This document shows positions 1 to 12,108 of a DNA stretch of 64,000 nt, one piece after another; the stretch's first letter is position 1, and every line of letters begins with the position of its first letter. The stretch covers positions 124,001-188,000 of the forward strand of contig QPMI01000401.1 in NCBI GenBank assembly GCA_004431415.1. Reading direction: 5' to 3'. Under the pieces are notes generated by a model. That model searched no databases, had not been told where the DNA came from, and saw only the letters and a program-made list of their open reading frames with translations. The position numbers and the translations under genes are program-made. Origin of the DNA: Cyanophora paradoxa CCMP329 (Eukaryota > Plantae > Glaucophyta).

Positions 1-1735
1 CGCTGTGATGAGATGTGTGAGGGCAGATTTCTTTGCCGGCTTTGCCTCAGCCTTGTCCTCTCTTGGAGACGTCGGCCGATCACACTTGCGCTGTCTTGTC
101 GGGCCAAGTGTGGGTCGGTGGCGTGCTGGCTCCTTGACGACTTTCGTTCCCTTTTCTGGAGCGTGGGCCCTAGAGCTCAGAGGAGTGGTAGAGTGGGGCT
201 TCGTTGGTGCACGGCCCCAGAAAGGCGTGTAGTCGGCGGCTCACTCTATCGTGCCCCGCTCTTTCGTTGGGCCTGATGGGTGGCCCGGATACCTCCTCGT
301 GTTTTCTTCCGAGGCGGTGAAACTTCCCATCCGTGCCCCTCTCCTGCGGTGCTCGCCGTACGGAGCGAGTTTTGGGCCAGTCACGGGTTTCAGCCACTAT
401 GCTTTTCTGCACTTTCGAGCTTTGCCAGGGGTTGCTCAGGTACATGCACTATTCGGGTATCGGATCCTACTACGTCTACTATGATTATTATTTTCTACCT
501 CGGCTACGTCGACCTATCTACTCCGAGTGGAGCTCCTGTCCTGTCGCCGCCGCGATTTGGGGGACCCGCTGTGCGTGCCGACGGACTAGCAGCTGTCTGC
601 ATTCCTGCCCCCCGGGCTGTGGCTCAGGTTCCTCGTCTTGGGGCCTGTCGGTGCCCTCGAGCGGCGCACCCATTGGCGGTGTTGGGGACGCCCTCTTGCG
701 GTTATGCCGACTGAGTCACGGTTTGACTGGCTACGTCGCGCGGACGCGACGTCAGCGGAAGAGGAGTTGTCGCATGGCTAGTTTCCCTAGGCTATGAGAT
801 GACTTAGCGACTAGAGCTAGTTGGTGCCTGACGCAGTCTAGAGTGCCTTAGCATAGTCTCTTCCTGTAGGCTTGCCTCGCGGTAGCCTACGCTGGCCTGC
901 CTCTACCTGTCATAGGGGTACAGTGTCAGTAGTCTTCCGGGTACACAGAGAATACACCAGCCTGCACCTACAGCTGCTCCAGCACAGGGAGCCGGCCCCG
1001 CGCTGGACCGCGCGGGCGCCCAATCGGGTGGGAATACTTCCTATCCGACACCTGGAAGGTGCCTGGTCCCGCCCTTCCTTTGTCTTACGCCCTTCCTTTG
1101 TCTCCGACCCCGGCCCTCACTGCGCCTGCGCTTTGAATACGCAGCGGCTCGTGTCCGTGACCACGGCGCGACTGGGCGGGGAGCACAGGATGACCGCTTC
1201 GGCCCTTATGAGACTGGCCTGCTTCTACATTACCACAAAGCGGCCCCAGGAAGCCGAGCCACACGCTCGCGTCTGTCGCTTTTCGTTCAACTTTCTCCCT
1301 AGGCCTCTGCCTCGGCCGACAGCGGCGCACGCAGCGGGCGTGGGAGATCTCGGCGGCCGCGCTCGGGCCGACGAGCCCCGCAGTGGAGGAGGCGCTCGCG
1401 GTACTGGGCAGCCTCTATCGAGCCGCCCCCGACCTCAGCCGCGAGAGGGCCCGGGCCTTCCGCAGGGTGCGGGCGGGCCGTGGCCGGTTGAATAATTAGC
1501 CTCGAGCTTGGGGTGCCCATCGGCGCCGGCCAATCTAACTTGTGCCGAAGATCGAAGCGGAGTGGGTGGCTGCGAACAAACATAACGCGGAGAGCAAGCT
1601 TCTTGTTTCTACAGGATTTGATCTGGTCGATACAGCTGCAGGCGACAAGGTAGCTACAGTCATAGCTTCTCCGCCTCCTCGTGCCGAACCGCTGACTCTG
1701 CGGGTCGACCGAAGAGATACACGGCGGACAACATC

Positions 1736-3830
1736 ATGTCAATGAGCACGGACGGGACGTCAACCCACGTCAACCTTGCCGATCTCAAGGCCCACCTGAG
1801 CGGCCAGTGCACGTGCTCGTCAAACTCAGTCTGCGACGGGTGCAAGGCGCGCATCTTTCCTGTGCAGCGACAGTTCCTTCCCCTCAGCAAGACAGACCTT
1901 CCCCCATTGCTCGGCCAGAACAAGGTCCGTCGCTTTTCGGGAACGCCGATGTCCGTGCTTGGCGCACCTTCTGAACGCCGATATCGATGGCCCCTCGCGA
2001 TCGCAGGCAGCGCTGAAGCTGTGCACGGAGACGCGCGGGCCCAAGCACCCCCTCATCCTCGCCTTCGCGCTCCGCGTCGCTTACTGGTCTGCGAAGAGCG
2101 GTGACTACGGCGCGGCGATTCGCTTCTACCTGGTGCGATCGCATTTAATTAGTATTCCCACGCTGCAAAACTCGCACGTAGCACTAACGAAACGCGCGAA
2201 GCCGACGCTGGCGGTGTACGCTGAGCAGCAGCATTTGCGGGAGGCCAGCTACGAGGCGTCCCTCGGCAGGCACGGCGACTTCATCGCCCCGCACCTCTTC
2301 GCAAAGGAGGACTTCAAGACCTGCCTGCGGGTCTCCCAGGTTCGCCTTGCATCGTAGCTTCTTCTTGATTGTCTAGAGTCCTCCCCTCCTGTTCGATTCA
2401 AAACGGCGCGCAGTGGACGCTGATGTTCTTCACGGAGAGGCTCGGGCCCCTGCACGAGAAGACGACCACAATCGAGTACATGGTCGCGTCTTGCATGCGA
2501 ATCCTCGGAGACTACGGGGGCGCCGACGCCGTCTACAGGGTGAATGCCGCCATGCATATGATTGCGCATGCCGTCCGCATCCCTCCCCTCGGTTTCTTCT
2601 GACGTCGACTCTTTGCAGTCGGCCTTCGCGCACGAGCGGGAGGCGGGCGACGAGGCCCGCGTCGCGAAGGTCTGCTGCGAGATGCACCCGGCCCGCGGGC
2701 TCGTCGATGTGGCTGCCTACCACGTCTCGGCGGGGCGCCTCCAGCGCGCCGCAGAGCTCCTCCAGGTCCCCCCCTCTCTTTCCTTTCGTGCATCTCGATC
2801 GGCTCTCACGCCCATCAGATGAGCCTCCCGCTCGCCAAGCGGGCGTGCGAGAAGTGCATCGGCGAGAGCGTCGTCGAAGCGACCGCCCTCGCCCTTGCGT
2901 ACACGCTGGATGCCCTCGACGATCGCCCGGGCGCGGAGGAGGCGTGGAAGGTTCGCATCGCTCTGTGTATCGCGATCGATATCGTCCGCCGGCGCCGACT
3001 CGCGCTGCAGCGGCTCATTTCGGTGACGACCAGCAAGCGGCGCCTCGCCGCCGCCCATGGGAGCCTCGCTCGCCTCTACCTCCGCGCGGGGCGCCCGGCA
3101 GAGGCGGCGGCCCAGGCCCGGCGCGCGTGGGCAGCTGCCGTGGCGGGCGCTGGCCCAACGAGCCACAAGGTGGAGGAGGAGGCGGCGTTCCTTCAGCTCG
3201 TCCTCTCCAGCGCCCCGGGCCTCGACGCCTGCAAGGAGCTCGACAAGGCGAGCGCCGGGCCGGCGCTGCCTCGTCGATATTTTCTGGCGCCCCTGAGCGG
3301 CTGTGCGCTGCGCAGATTGTGAAGGAGTGGGTGCGCGTGAACAAAAAGGCGCCGGAGATGACGGGCGACAAGCCTCCAAGCATGCGCGAGCTGAAGAAAG
3401 AGATCCACGAACTCAAAGAGGCGGTTCGCAGTCGCTTTCAAATGTTGAATTCCGGTCCCTGCCATCCGCTCCGCTGGCTCCGCTGCGCATGCGGTATCGA
3501 ATGGAAGCTTAAGTGGCCTGCATGCGCAGTGGCCTGCTTAATGGAAGCTTAAGCTTAAGGTGCCCGCAGATTCCCTTCATGCGCCTCCGGTGGCAGCCGC
3601 CGGCGCCGGCGCAGCTGCAGCGGCCGGTCGACGTCGGGCAGGCGCCGGCGGGATCCGGAAAGGAGGGGGAGAAGACCTCCGCCCCGCCCGACCCCGACGC
3701 CGCCGACCGCGTCCGCTTTGATTTGGATTTCTTGTCGCCGTCCGAGGAGGCGCTGCTGATTCCATCTGCAGGAGGCGGCGAAGAAGCTGATGAAGAAGTC
3801 GCAGTGGGGCCGCGCCCGCGCCCTTCTTGA
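1736..3830 (+). CDS. Spliced hypothetical protein with TPR-like helical repeats
   Basis: Exons join through short introns: MSMSTDGT...LGQNK | ALKLCTETRGPKHPLILAFALRVAYWSAKSGDYGAAIRFYL | FTERLGPLHEKTTTIEYMVASCMRILGDYGGADAVYR | ...HGSLARLYLRAGRPAEAAAQARRA... The GxxHP...LGxY..A pattern is kinesin-light-chain-type TPR. Last exon ends GPRPRPS* at 3830. Exact exon borders are uncertain. Confidence 0.55.
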
Positions 3831-4059
3831 TGCCCTCTTGGAGGTTCGCCCTTTTCCTTGTGTACATTTCTGCACTCCTTAGTGTTCCTCACGCTGGTGT
3901 CGCCCTTGATACGCATGCGCAGAGGTCGCCTCTCGACTTTCTGGCGCGCCTTCAGCGTATCCGTGCGCCTGCAGATGGCTTCAAATTTTCCGCGCCATAA
4001 CACGTAACTGTATCTGATGCTTCATTGCAGAGTGCATGATTGGAGCGGGCCAGCTGGAG

Positions 4060-5351
4060 ATGGCCGACAAGGAGGCAGAGGCGGCGGAGCGCGATCTCGC
4101 CGGCGTCAGCGCGAGCTCGAGCTCAGACCTTGCCAACCGGTGTGCTCCCCGCTGCTGGCGCGGCCCTGCCGGCGCCGCGTGATCGTGAGGGTGCGCACGC
4201 ACGTTGCGCAGTGTGCGGGAGCTGCGGGGCAAGGTCACGGGCGAGCTGCGGCGGCGGGAGGAGTCGGCGCGGCGGCGGGAGGAGGAGGAGCAGCAGCGCC
4301 GCGAGCAGCAGGGGCGCCTCCAGCAGAGCGAGGAGGGGCGGCGGCAGCAGGAGGCGGAGGCGCGTCGGGAGCGCGAGCGCGAGGAGGAGGAGGAGCGCCG
4401 CCGCCAGGCGGAGCTCGCGCGGTGGCAGGAGGAGGAGGAGCGGCGGCGCGCGGCCGAGCGGCGGCGCAAGGAGGAGGAGCGGCGGGCGGAGCTGGAGGCC
4501 GAGCAGCGGCGGCTGGAGCAGGCGCGGGAGCAGGAGCGGCGGCTGGAGGAGGAGAGGCGGCGCGAGGAGGATCAGCGGCGCGAGCGCGAGCGGCGGGCCG
4601 AGCTGGAGCGGAGGCAGGAGGAGCGGCGGCTGGAGCGGGAGCGGCAGGCGCAGGCGCAGCGCCGGCGGGTGGAGGCGCAGCGCCGCAAGGAGGCGGCGGC
4701 GCGGGCGGTGGCCGAGGCGCAGCGGCGGTGGGAGGCGGCCGAGGCGGAGCTGCAGCGCGCGGCTGCGGCGGAGCAGCGGCGGCAGAGGGAAGCGGAGGAC
4801 GCGGCGAAGCGGGCGGCGGCGGAGGCGACGGAGCGGGCGAAGGTGGCGGCGGCGGCGGAGGCGGAGACGGGCCGGCTCCAGGCGGAGGCAGCGTGCGCCA
4901 TCGGCCCCGCCGCCCGCCGTCTCATCGCCGACCGTGCGCCCTTCGAGAATCATTTTGGCGGCGGCTCTGATCTGCGCGCGGCGCAGAGGGTGGCCCTGGC
5001 CTCGGCGAGCAGCCCTGCGCCGCGATCGCGGGCTGGCAGGTGGGCTCCGGGTGGGATTCGTACCCTCCTGTCGACGTCGACGCCGGGGGCGTCCCCTCGG
5101 CCCCGGCGCCCGCGCCGATGGTGGAGCACTGGCCGCAGCTGGGCCCCGCCGGCGGAGTAGCGGAGGCCGCCGCGGCCCTGCGGGCGGAGCCAGCGCCCGG
5201 GCAGGCGACCGGTCCCTGGGCCGCGTTGGAGTCGGAGGGCGCGGCGCCGTCTCCCGCGCACGCCCCTCCCGCCCGCCCCACGCGGCCCTACTGCCCGCCG
5301 GGCGTCCGCCTCGCTTCTAGCTTTAGGCCTCAAGGAGACGCACACGGTTGA
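4060..5351 (+). CDS. E/R/Q-rich long helical (coiled-coil or single-alpha-helix) protein
   Basis: ATG 4060 (MADKEAEAAERDL...), a short GT-AG intron, then about 220 codons of RRREEEE-type sequence with strong GAG/CGG codon bias. The frame of the last exon is uncertain. Confidence 0.55.
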
Positions 5352-5572
5352 GAGCGGCCCCGCGGTTTTAAATTTAAAGCTGCAATGGCAATCTCGACGG
5401 CTGCCGCAGTGCAGTGCAACAGCTGCAATCTCGGGGGAAGCTAAGGGGGCCGGCCGCGGGGCCCGGGGGCGCGCGATGGGAAGGGATGAGGAAGGCCGGG
5501 GGCCAGGAAAGGGGGCCGGGAGACGAGAGCCCCTTCGGAAGCATATAATTATAAAGGGATCGGAAAGCTTAA

Positions 5573-5717
5573 TTTTTTTTTTTGGTGAATTACCGGCCAC
5601 AGCCTCTAGTCTACTCCAGCACTGTGGGGGCGTGTACAGGCAAGGTGGGGCATGATCGATCGGAATTATGTGGAACGGGCGGGATTTGAAGGCGTGATTC
5701 TCATCGCAGGGCGATTC
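5573..5717 (-). mobile_element. Short poly(A)-tailed retroposon (SINE-like), longer form
   Basis: T-tract followed by GGTGAATTACCGGCCACAG...; flanked by the direct repeat GATCGGAAAGCTTAA at 5558-5572 and 5718-5732; homologous to 44986-45198. Confidence 0.8.
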
Positions 5718-6197
5718 GATCGGAAAGCTTAAGGAAGGAAGGGATCAGATCTAGATGTAGCTATAGAGAGCCAAAGCGCGTTCGATGACAGCGCCACGGC
5801 GGCGACGACGAATAGCGCTCACTCAGTGACTGGCATGGGCATGCGCATGCTTCCCTCGCGCTGCCAGCTGCGCCAATTGCAAGCTTAGAGCTATCTGAGG
5901 GGTAGAGCTCGCTCGCTTCGTTCGCATCGTGCGCGGCTACGTATACGAAACTGCAATCGCAAGAAACCCGATCGCCTGCAGTCAAATCGCCCTACAACGC
6001 GTACGCTGTACCGTAGTAAGCTGTGCGCTTCCAAGACAGCGGAACCAAGTGCAGCGCTTGCGGACCCGCTTCTCGCCCAAGCCGGTGCTTCGCGCGCCGG
6101 GGAAGACGAGGGCGCGATGCCAGCTGTCGGGGCGGTCCGGTTATCGTCTGCGATCCTGCGCAGCGGCCCGGAGGACGAAGCGGCCGAGCCACGTCAG

Positions 6198-9100
6198 ATG
6201 AGCTCGAGGGCAGCACCGAGCACGATGCGGCCCCGCTCGGCGGCCGCGGCAGCAGCGGCAGCAGCAGCAGCAGCGGAGGCGAAGGGCGAGCGGCCCATCA
6301 CGAGCGCGGCGGCCTCCACGGGAGAGTTTGACGTGAACGTGGACGCGGACGGGTCGGCCGGCTCGGCGCCCGCGCAGGAGCTGCTCGACGCCGGCGGGCT
6401 CGACCTCGAGCGCGGGCCCGCGCGCCCCGGCTACTGGAGCCGCGTCTGGGAGGTCTTCGTGAATGTGCGCCCCTTGATTCTCGATCGATATCCCGGCCGC
6501 GCCCGCCGCCTTGAGCTCGTGGCCTGATGGCCCCCGCAGTTCTTCCCGCTGGGCTTCGTCAGCTTCGGCGGGCCCCAGGCCAACATCTCGCTGCTGGAGC
6601 AGCAGTACGTCCAGAAGCGCGGCTGGCTCGACTCGGACGCGCGCCCCCATCAAAGGATTTGATCTCCAATTTGATCCGCCGCTGACCCCTCCCCCCGCGC
6701 GCAGACGTTCATCGAGTGCTACTCCATCGCGTGCGCGGAGAGGGGGGTACTGCCGCCCTCCCGCAGCCCGCCGCTGACCCGCCCCTGCGCAGGCAACTCC
6801 TCCCCGGGCCGTCCGCGTCCCAGGCCCGCCCCCGGGCCCCCGCCCGCCCGTCGCCCTCGGGGCTGTTTCTGACCGATCTGACCTCAGATGATGATCGCTG
6901 TCGGCGCGTGGCGTGCGGGGTACGTCTCGGTTTCCCTCCGCTGCGTCTCGCAGCCGCCTGATCGGTACCCCCCTTCCCGCAGGTGGCTCGGCGGCCTCAT
7001 CGCCGCCCTCTGCTTCCAGGCGCGCGCCTGTACGCCCAAGGCCGCCGCACCTCTTTACACTGTACCCGCCCGCAGGTTCCGATGGCGATCGTCCTGGGAA
7101 TAGCCGGCGCCGCCTCCGGGTCCGCTTTTGCGTACCCCCTGCGCCCCCCGTACCCCTCTAATTCTCCCCAGGAAATTCGTCACGGCCTCGTTCCTCCAGT
7201 CCCCTTACCTCCGGCACACCATCATGGGCCTCACCAGGTACCCCCCCTTCCCCCCCCCCGCGCCCCGGCCAGGAAATGCCGCTCTCGGGATTCGAACCCG
7301 AGTCCGCAGCGCCGCCGTGGCGCTGATCGCCGCCTCCTCCTACTCCATCTCAATGCGCTCGTGCAAGGTCCGCGGCCGCAAATTTCTATTCGCGTACCCG
7401 GCCCATCCCCCTCCGCCCACGCCCGCCCGCAGGACAAGCTCACCTGGGGCCTCTGCGTCGTCGGTTCGCGCCGCGCCCCGCACCTCACGTACCTCGTACC
7501 CCCGACACATCCTTGCGCAGCGGCGGTCGGCGCGATCTACGGGGCCAGCACCTTCTGGTGCTTTCCGGTACCCCCTTCCCTCCCGCGGATCCATATCCCT
7601 CTGTGCGGCCCCGAGCGCCCCCGCAGCTGATCATGGCCGGCGCGGGGCTGGTGACGCTGCTCCACGGCTTCTGGAAGGCCCGGGGTACGGCTCCCCGCGG
7701 CGAGGGGTGGGGGTACATCTCCGTGCGGGCCTGACGCGACGCTGCCGGCAGCGCCTGCGCCGGCGCCGGCGGGCTCGGCTTCCGCCTCGCAGGCAAAGGG
7801 CCCTGCCGCCGCCGACCCCGCGGCGAGCGCCTCGCTGGGCTACGGCGCCGCCGCCGGCTACGCCCTCGTCCGCCCGACCCCCCCCCCCCCCCCCCATCCA
7901 CCGCGCCTCCCCCCCCCCTTCGGGATTCGAACCCGCCCGCGCCCCCCCGCAGCTGGGGACCTACGCCGCGCTGCTCCTCTCCTCCCTCGTGTCCCGCCGC
8001 GTCTCCGCGAACCCCTCGCGCCTCCTCGAGATATGGGAGGTGCCGTACCCCTTCCATCCATCCCCCGCCCCTCCCCCGATCCCGTTAATCCGGTACCCCC
8101 GCAGGCGTTCTTCCGGATGGGCTCGATCACGTACGGGGGCGCCCAGGCGCGGCTGCTTCCCCTCCTTCCTTTTCGATCGCCGCGCGCCCTGTACCCCGTC
8201 TCACTCTAGCCCGTACCCCTGTTCCTCCCGGCCGGCCTGCAGGTGGTCATCCCCATGCTGCTCGTCGAGACGGCCGGTGAGCCCCGCGCGCCTGGCCCCC
8301 CGACGCCGGCACCGTCGAGCCTAGATCTAGATCACAAGCCCCCGCCTCCTCGGGGCCCCGAGGCCGCCCGACTCCGGCGCCGGCGCCGGCGAGAGCCCGG
8401 ATCTCTCTTCCCCCCCCGCCCCCTCCGCGCCCTCTGATCCCCTCCCGCCCCTCCCCACCCCAGGGTGGGTGTCGGACCAGCAGTTCAACGCCGGCTTCGC
8501 CCTCGTCCAGGCCCTCCCGGTCCGCCCGGGGCTCCCCCCGCCCCCTTCCCCCCCTTCCCTTGGACCCTCCCTCCCAGCGCCCAAGCCGGGGTCCCGAGAT
8601 GGGCCGGCCCCATGCCCCCAGGCCCAAACCTAGCTTCCCAGCCCGCTGTCTCCCCCCCTCCCCCTCCCCCCGCCCCCGCCCAGTCCGCTTTCCGCCTCAA
8701 GCTCCCCCCCTCCCCCTTCTCCCCCCCCTCTCGCGCCCCTCCGCGCTGTCCCAACTCCTCCCCCAACCCCTCCTCCCTCCTTCCCCCCCCTCACCCCCTC
8801 CCCTTTCTGCCGCACGCCTCGTCCCCGCTGACGACCGGCGCCCGGGGCCGCGCAGGGCCCGAACTTCAACTTCAGCGCGTACCTGGGGGCCATCTCCTTC
8901 GGGAGCACCCCCGACGGCGACATCGACATCGGCCGCGCCATCCTCGGTGCCCAACGCCGCGCCGCGCCGCGCCTCGCGCCAGGGGCGGCGACGAACTAGC
9001 TCTAGGGGCTTCTGACTCCCCTCTTTTCGGGCCTGGCCTTCATTCGAACAACAACTGCGCAGGGGCTTTGCTGGCGTGGACGTCGCTCTTCGCCCCCGGG

Positions 9101-10089
9101 ATGATCCTCATGTTCGCCGCTCTCCCCTTCTACACCCGCTTCCGGTGCCCAACCCCCCTCTCTCTCCCCCCCCACCCACCCCCCATTTCCCGGGGCGGCG
9201 TCGAGAGCTCGTGTTATCCAGAGCCACCACGGCTACTAGAGCTGCGAGAGCGCCCTGCAGCTGGATGTGAAGCTGAGCCCAGCCTGACCCTGGGGCGCGG
9301 GCGCGCGCTGGCGCAGGAAGTCGGCGGGGGTGCGGCGGGCGATGATCGGCGTCAACGCCGCCAGCGTCGGCCTCATCGTCGCCGTCACCTTCCAGGTCCC
9401 CCCCACCCTTCTCCCCCCCGCCCCCCTCCCCCCCCCCTCCCCCCCTCCTCCTGAGCGTTGCTGAGAGCGGGCCCCCCGTCCCGTGCGGCAGCTCTGGGCC
9501 CGCGGCCTCTACTCATCCCTCAACGCGCGCCCCCCTCGCCCCGCCGGCCCTCCCCCTTGCCGCTTCGCTCCGGCTCACCTTTCCCGCAGACGTCGAACAG
9601 CGCCTTCATGTCGATCTCGATCGCTGCCTTCGCCGCCGTCGCCTACTACAAGGTCCGCCCCGCCCCGCCTAGATCGTATCCCCGGCCCCGCTTAAATCAT
9701 ATCCCGCCCCCGCCCCGCTTAAATCGTATCCCGTCCCCGCCCCGCTTAAATCGTATCCCCTTCCCCGCTTACATCGCCTCCCCGCCCCACTTAAATCGTA
9801 TCCCGCCCCGCCCCGCTTACATCGTATCTATCTATCGCCTTGTGGCTGTGTCTGGCTCTCCGCTGCTAGACATCTAGGTCGCGTCCCAGAACCCGGCTGC
9901 GGCCCGGCTGCTCTCCATCCCACCCCGCCGCCGCCCCCCGCCTGACCCTCCGCGCCCCGCCCCGCCCCGCCCCGCCCCGCCGCGCAGGCGCCGTCGTGGG
10001 CGGTGGTGCTCGGGGGCGGCCTCCTCGGCCTCCTCTCCACCTTCGCCTCCCGCGGCCTCGACATCCGCCCCGCCGGCATCTGCCCCTAG
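6198..10089 (+). CDS. Chromate transporter (CHR family, long two-domain form), about 20 introns
   Basis: Spliced motifs FFPLGFVSFGGPQANISLL...WLDSDTFIECYSIAQLLPGPSASQ and second-half FFRMGSITYGGAQVVIPML...GWVSDQQFNAGFALVQALPGPNFNFSAYLG, ...GVNAASVGLI. Ends RPAGICP* at 10089. Confidence 0.93.
9664..9829. repeat. Intronic minisatellite, about 7 degenerate 21-27 bp units (CCCGCTTAAATCGTATCCC core)
   Basis: Repeated core visible in the last intron of the chromate transporter gene. Confidence 0.85.
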
Positions 10090-10783
10090 CTCGTTTCTAT
10101 TTTATCAGGATCCCGACCTTGCAGATTACGTCACATGTACATAGAGGGCTGCCAGCAGGCTGCTTGGCGCCAGCCGGCGCCGCGGCGCCCCACCTACAGC
10201 TAGCATATGCATCCTAATTAATTAAATTAGAAGTTCTCGCGCGCACATTGCAGTTACAGTTCGTGAGAATAATGCGTAAAGGCTGCCAGCCGGGCCAGGC
10301 CCGCCGGGCCAGCAGGCGAGGTCTCTTGGCCAAGGCCAGCGCTAGCCCCGCGGACAAGCTTTCAATTAAATGTTATTGGGCCTTGAAGGGTAAATCCGCA
10401 GCACAGCTTTTCGCAAGCTTTTTGCGCCCTATCTGGGTCATTATTGTGATCATTGAAAACGCGTACGGCCGCTGCAGCTGGGCGCGAACTGCCCGTCATG
10501 AATAATATTCATGTACTGGGCACACGTGCACATGTGCAGAGCTGACATTCCGGCAAATTCAGCAGAAATTGCATGTACATATGTGCTCAGCTTCACGAAG
10601 TAACAATAAAATTGAGAAAACGGTGTTCAGATGAGAAATCTTGCGTGTGCTCAATTTCCGAGCCGAAAGCTTTCGTCAGCTCCTGCAGCCAGCGCCAAGG
10701 ATCGAGTTTAGGCGAATGGCGGCATCGATATATATATCGCGAAATTATATTATAAAATGTCCATGTTCGAAAAGCGCACGTCC

Positions 10784-10841
10784 CCTGGGCAGCCCCCGCA
10801 GTGCTGGTGTCTAGAGACTGTGGCCGGTAATTCACCCAAAA
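10784..10841 (+). mobile_element. Short poly(A) retroposon copy (3' end only)
   Basis: CCTGGGCAGCCCCCGCAGTGCTGGTGTCTAGAGACTGTGGCCGGTAATTCACCC(A)n flanked by the 14-bp TSD AAAAGCGCACGTCC (10770-10783, 10842-10855). Confidence 0.85.
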
Positions 10842-11300
10842 AAAAGCGCACGTCCTTGCCCAATGCGGGGGGATGCTTCGAATTCCATCGTTCGGACGAC
10901 TCCGTTCGCAGACGTCGGAGACGCCCGCGAAAGGTCGCCGCGACGTCGTCGGGCAGAGGGAGACGCAGCTCGCCACCCACTGCCAGCTCGCGCAGTCCCG
11001 TCATATCAGACGCGATGCGCTGCAATGTCGATCAAATATTAATATTAATCCAAATGCAGGCGCACGTTCTTATAATTAAACAGAAATTTTTTAATGAATC
11101 AATGCGCCGAGAGCAAGGATGCCGGAAGCGCGTCGAAAAAAAGTTTCGGAAGCCATTCGTAATCATCATCAACAACGACGAAGGCACGAAGACGAAGGGT
11201 GTGTACTCTGCTCCACGCTGCCAGCGAACGTTCAGCAAGGGCCTCGAACCATGCGGGAGGGAATTCGAGCGTCAGGTCCTGCGCCCCGGCCCGCGTGCGG

Positions 11301-11640
11301 TTAACAAAGCTGAAGTGGCGGCGAGGTGCGCGTGGCTGCGGTGGCGCTGGCTATGCATTTGGCGCCTGAATGGAGTCGCACCTGAAGCGCGGTGAAGCGC
11401 AAGAGATTGTCGGCGAGAACACTGGTTCCAATGTACGAGGGCTCGTCGGCCTCTAGTTCGAGGCAGCGAAGGCGCGGCGCGAGGCAGAGGAGCTCCGGAG
11501 GATGTGGAAACTGGAAATTGGAGAGCTTGAGCGCCTCCAGTCGGGTGAGCTGGGCGAGCAACGCGAAGTCCCCGCGAACGGATCCCCGGTCACGAGATAC
11601 GAGACTAAGTGCTGCGTTCAACAGTTTCAACGAAAACGAG
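11301..11640 (-). pseudogene. Leucine-rich-repeat-like gene relic
   Basis: LLAQLTRLEALKLSNF and LAPRLRCLELEA match LxxLxxLxL. The surrounding frames are broken and no clean gene model emerges. Confidence 0.35.
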
Positions 11641-11931
11641 AATTAAATCGGAGTTGAAGATTGCAAGATGAGATTGCAAGGGGGGAAAGAAGACCGAAGG
11701 TCTTCCCCCCTTGCTTCCCGTTCCCTCGCTTCAGCCAAAATGTTTCTATGAGGCCGTTTTCGAGGTCCAGTTTGCAACACCTGAAAAAAATGTTGCTTTA
11801 TTCGCGATCCGATTGGCTCGGTGGACCGGTCAGCTTTCGACTTTCGAGCGTCAAAGTCGAGGGGAAAAAGTGGTTTTCGAGGGGAAAACTAACTTCGAAT
11901 TCTCTCTCTAACTCCGGTCTTCGAATTCCTT

Positions 11932-12108
11932 GCGCGGTTCTGCATGGAACCAGTTCTCCCTATAGCTGTCTCCTCTAGATTTCGGCTTCCTCGCAGAGCG
12001 TCGCGTACGCCTTAATTGCTCTTCGTCGCGCGGTTCTGCATGGAACCACTTCTCTCTAGCTGTCGACGTCAACGTCTCCTCGAGCTCTAGATTTCCGCTT
12101 CCTCGCAG
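11932..12108. repeat. Local direct duplication of about 65 bp (11932-11996 vs 12028-12108)
   Basis: GCGCGGTTCTGCATGGAACCA...CTAGATTTC.GCTTCCTCGCAG occurs twice; the second copy is expanded by 6-bp inverted insertions. Confidence 0.9.

Noticed and set aside
1-960. Possible 3' region of a retroelement (T-rich, intronless, ends ...AATACACC)
   Set aside because: Composition is suggestive, but there is no domain motif, tail or TSD, and the left end lies outside the window.
4040-5320. Many long overlapping Arg/Gly/Pro-rich ORFs here and throughout the window
   Set aside because: Stop-poor shadow frames are expected at over 70% GC; the real genes are spliced.
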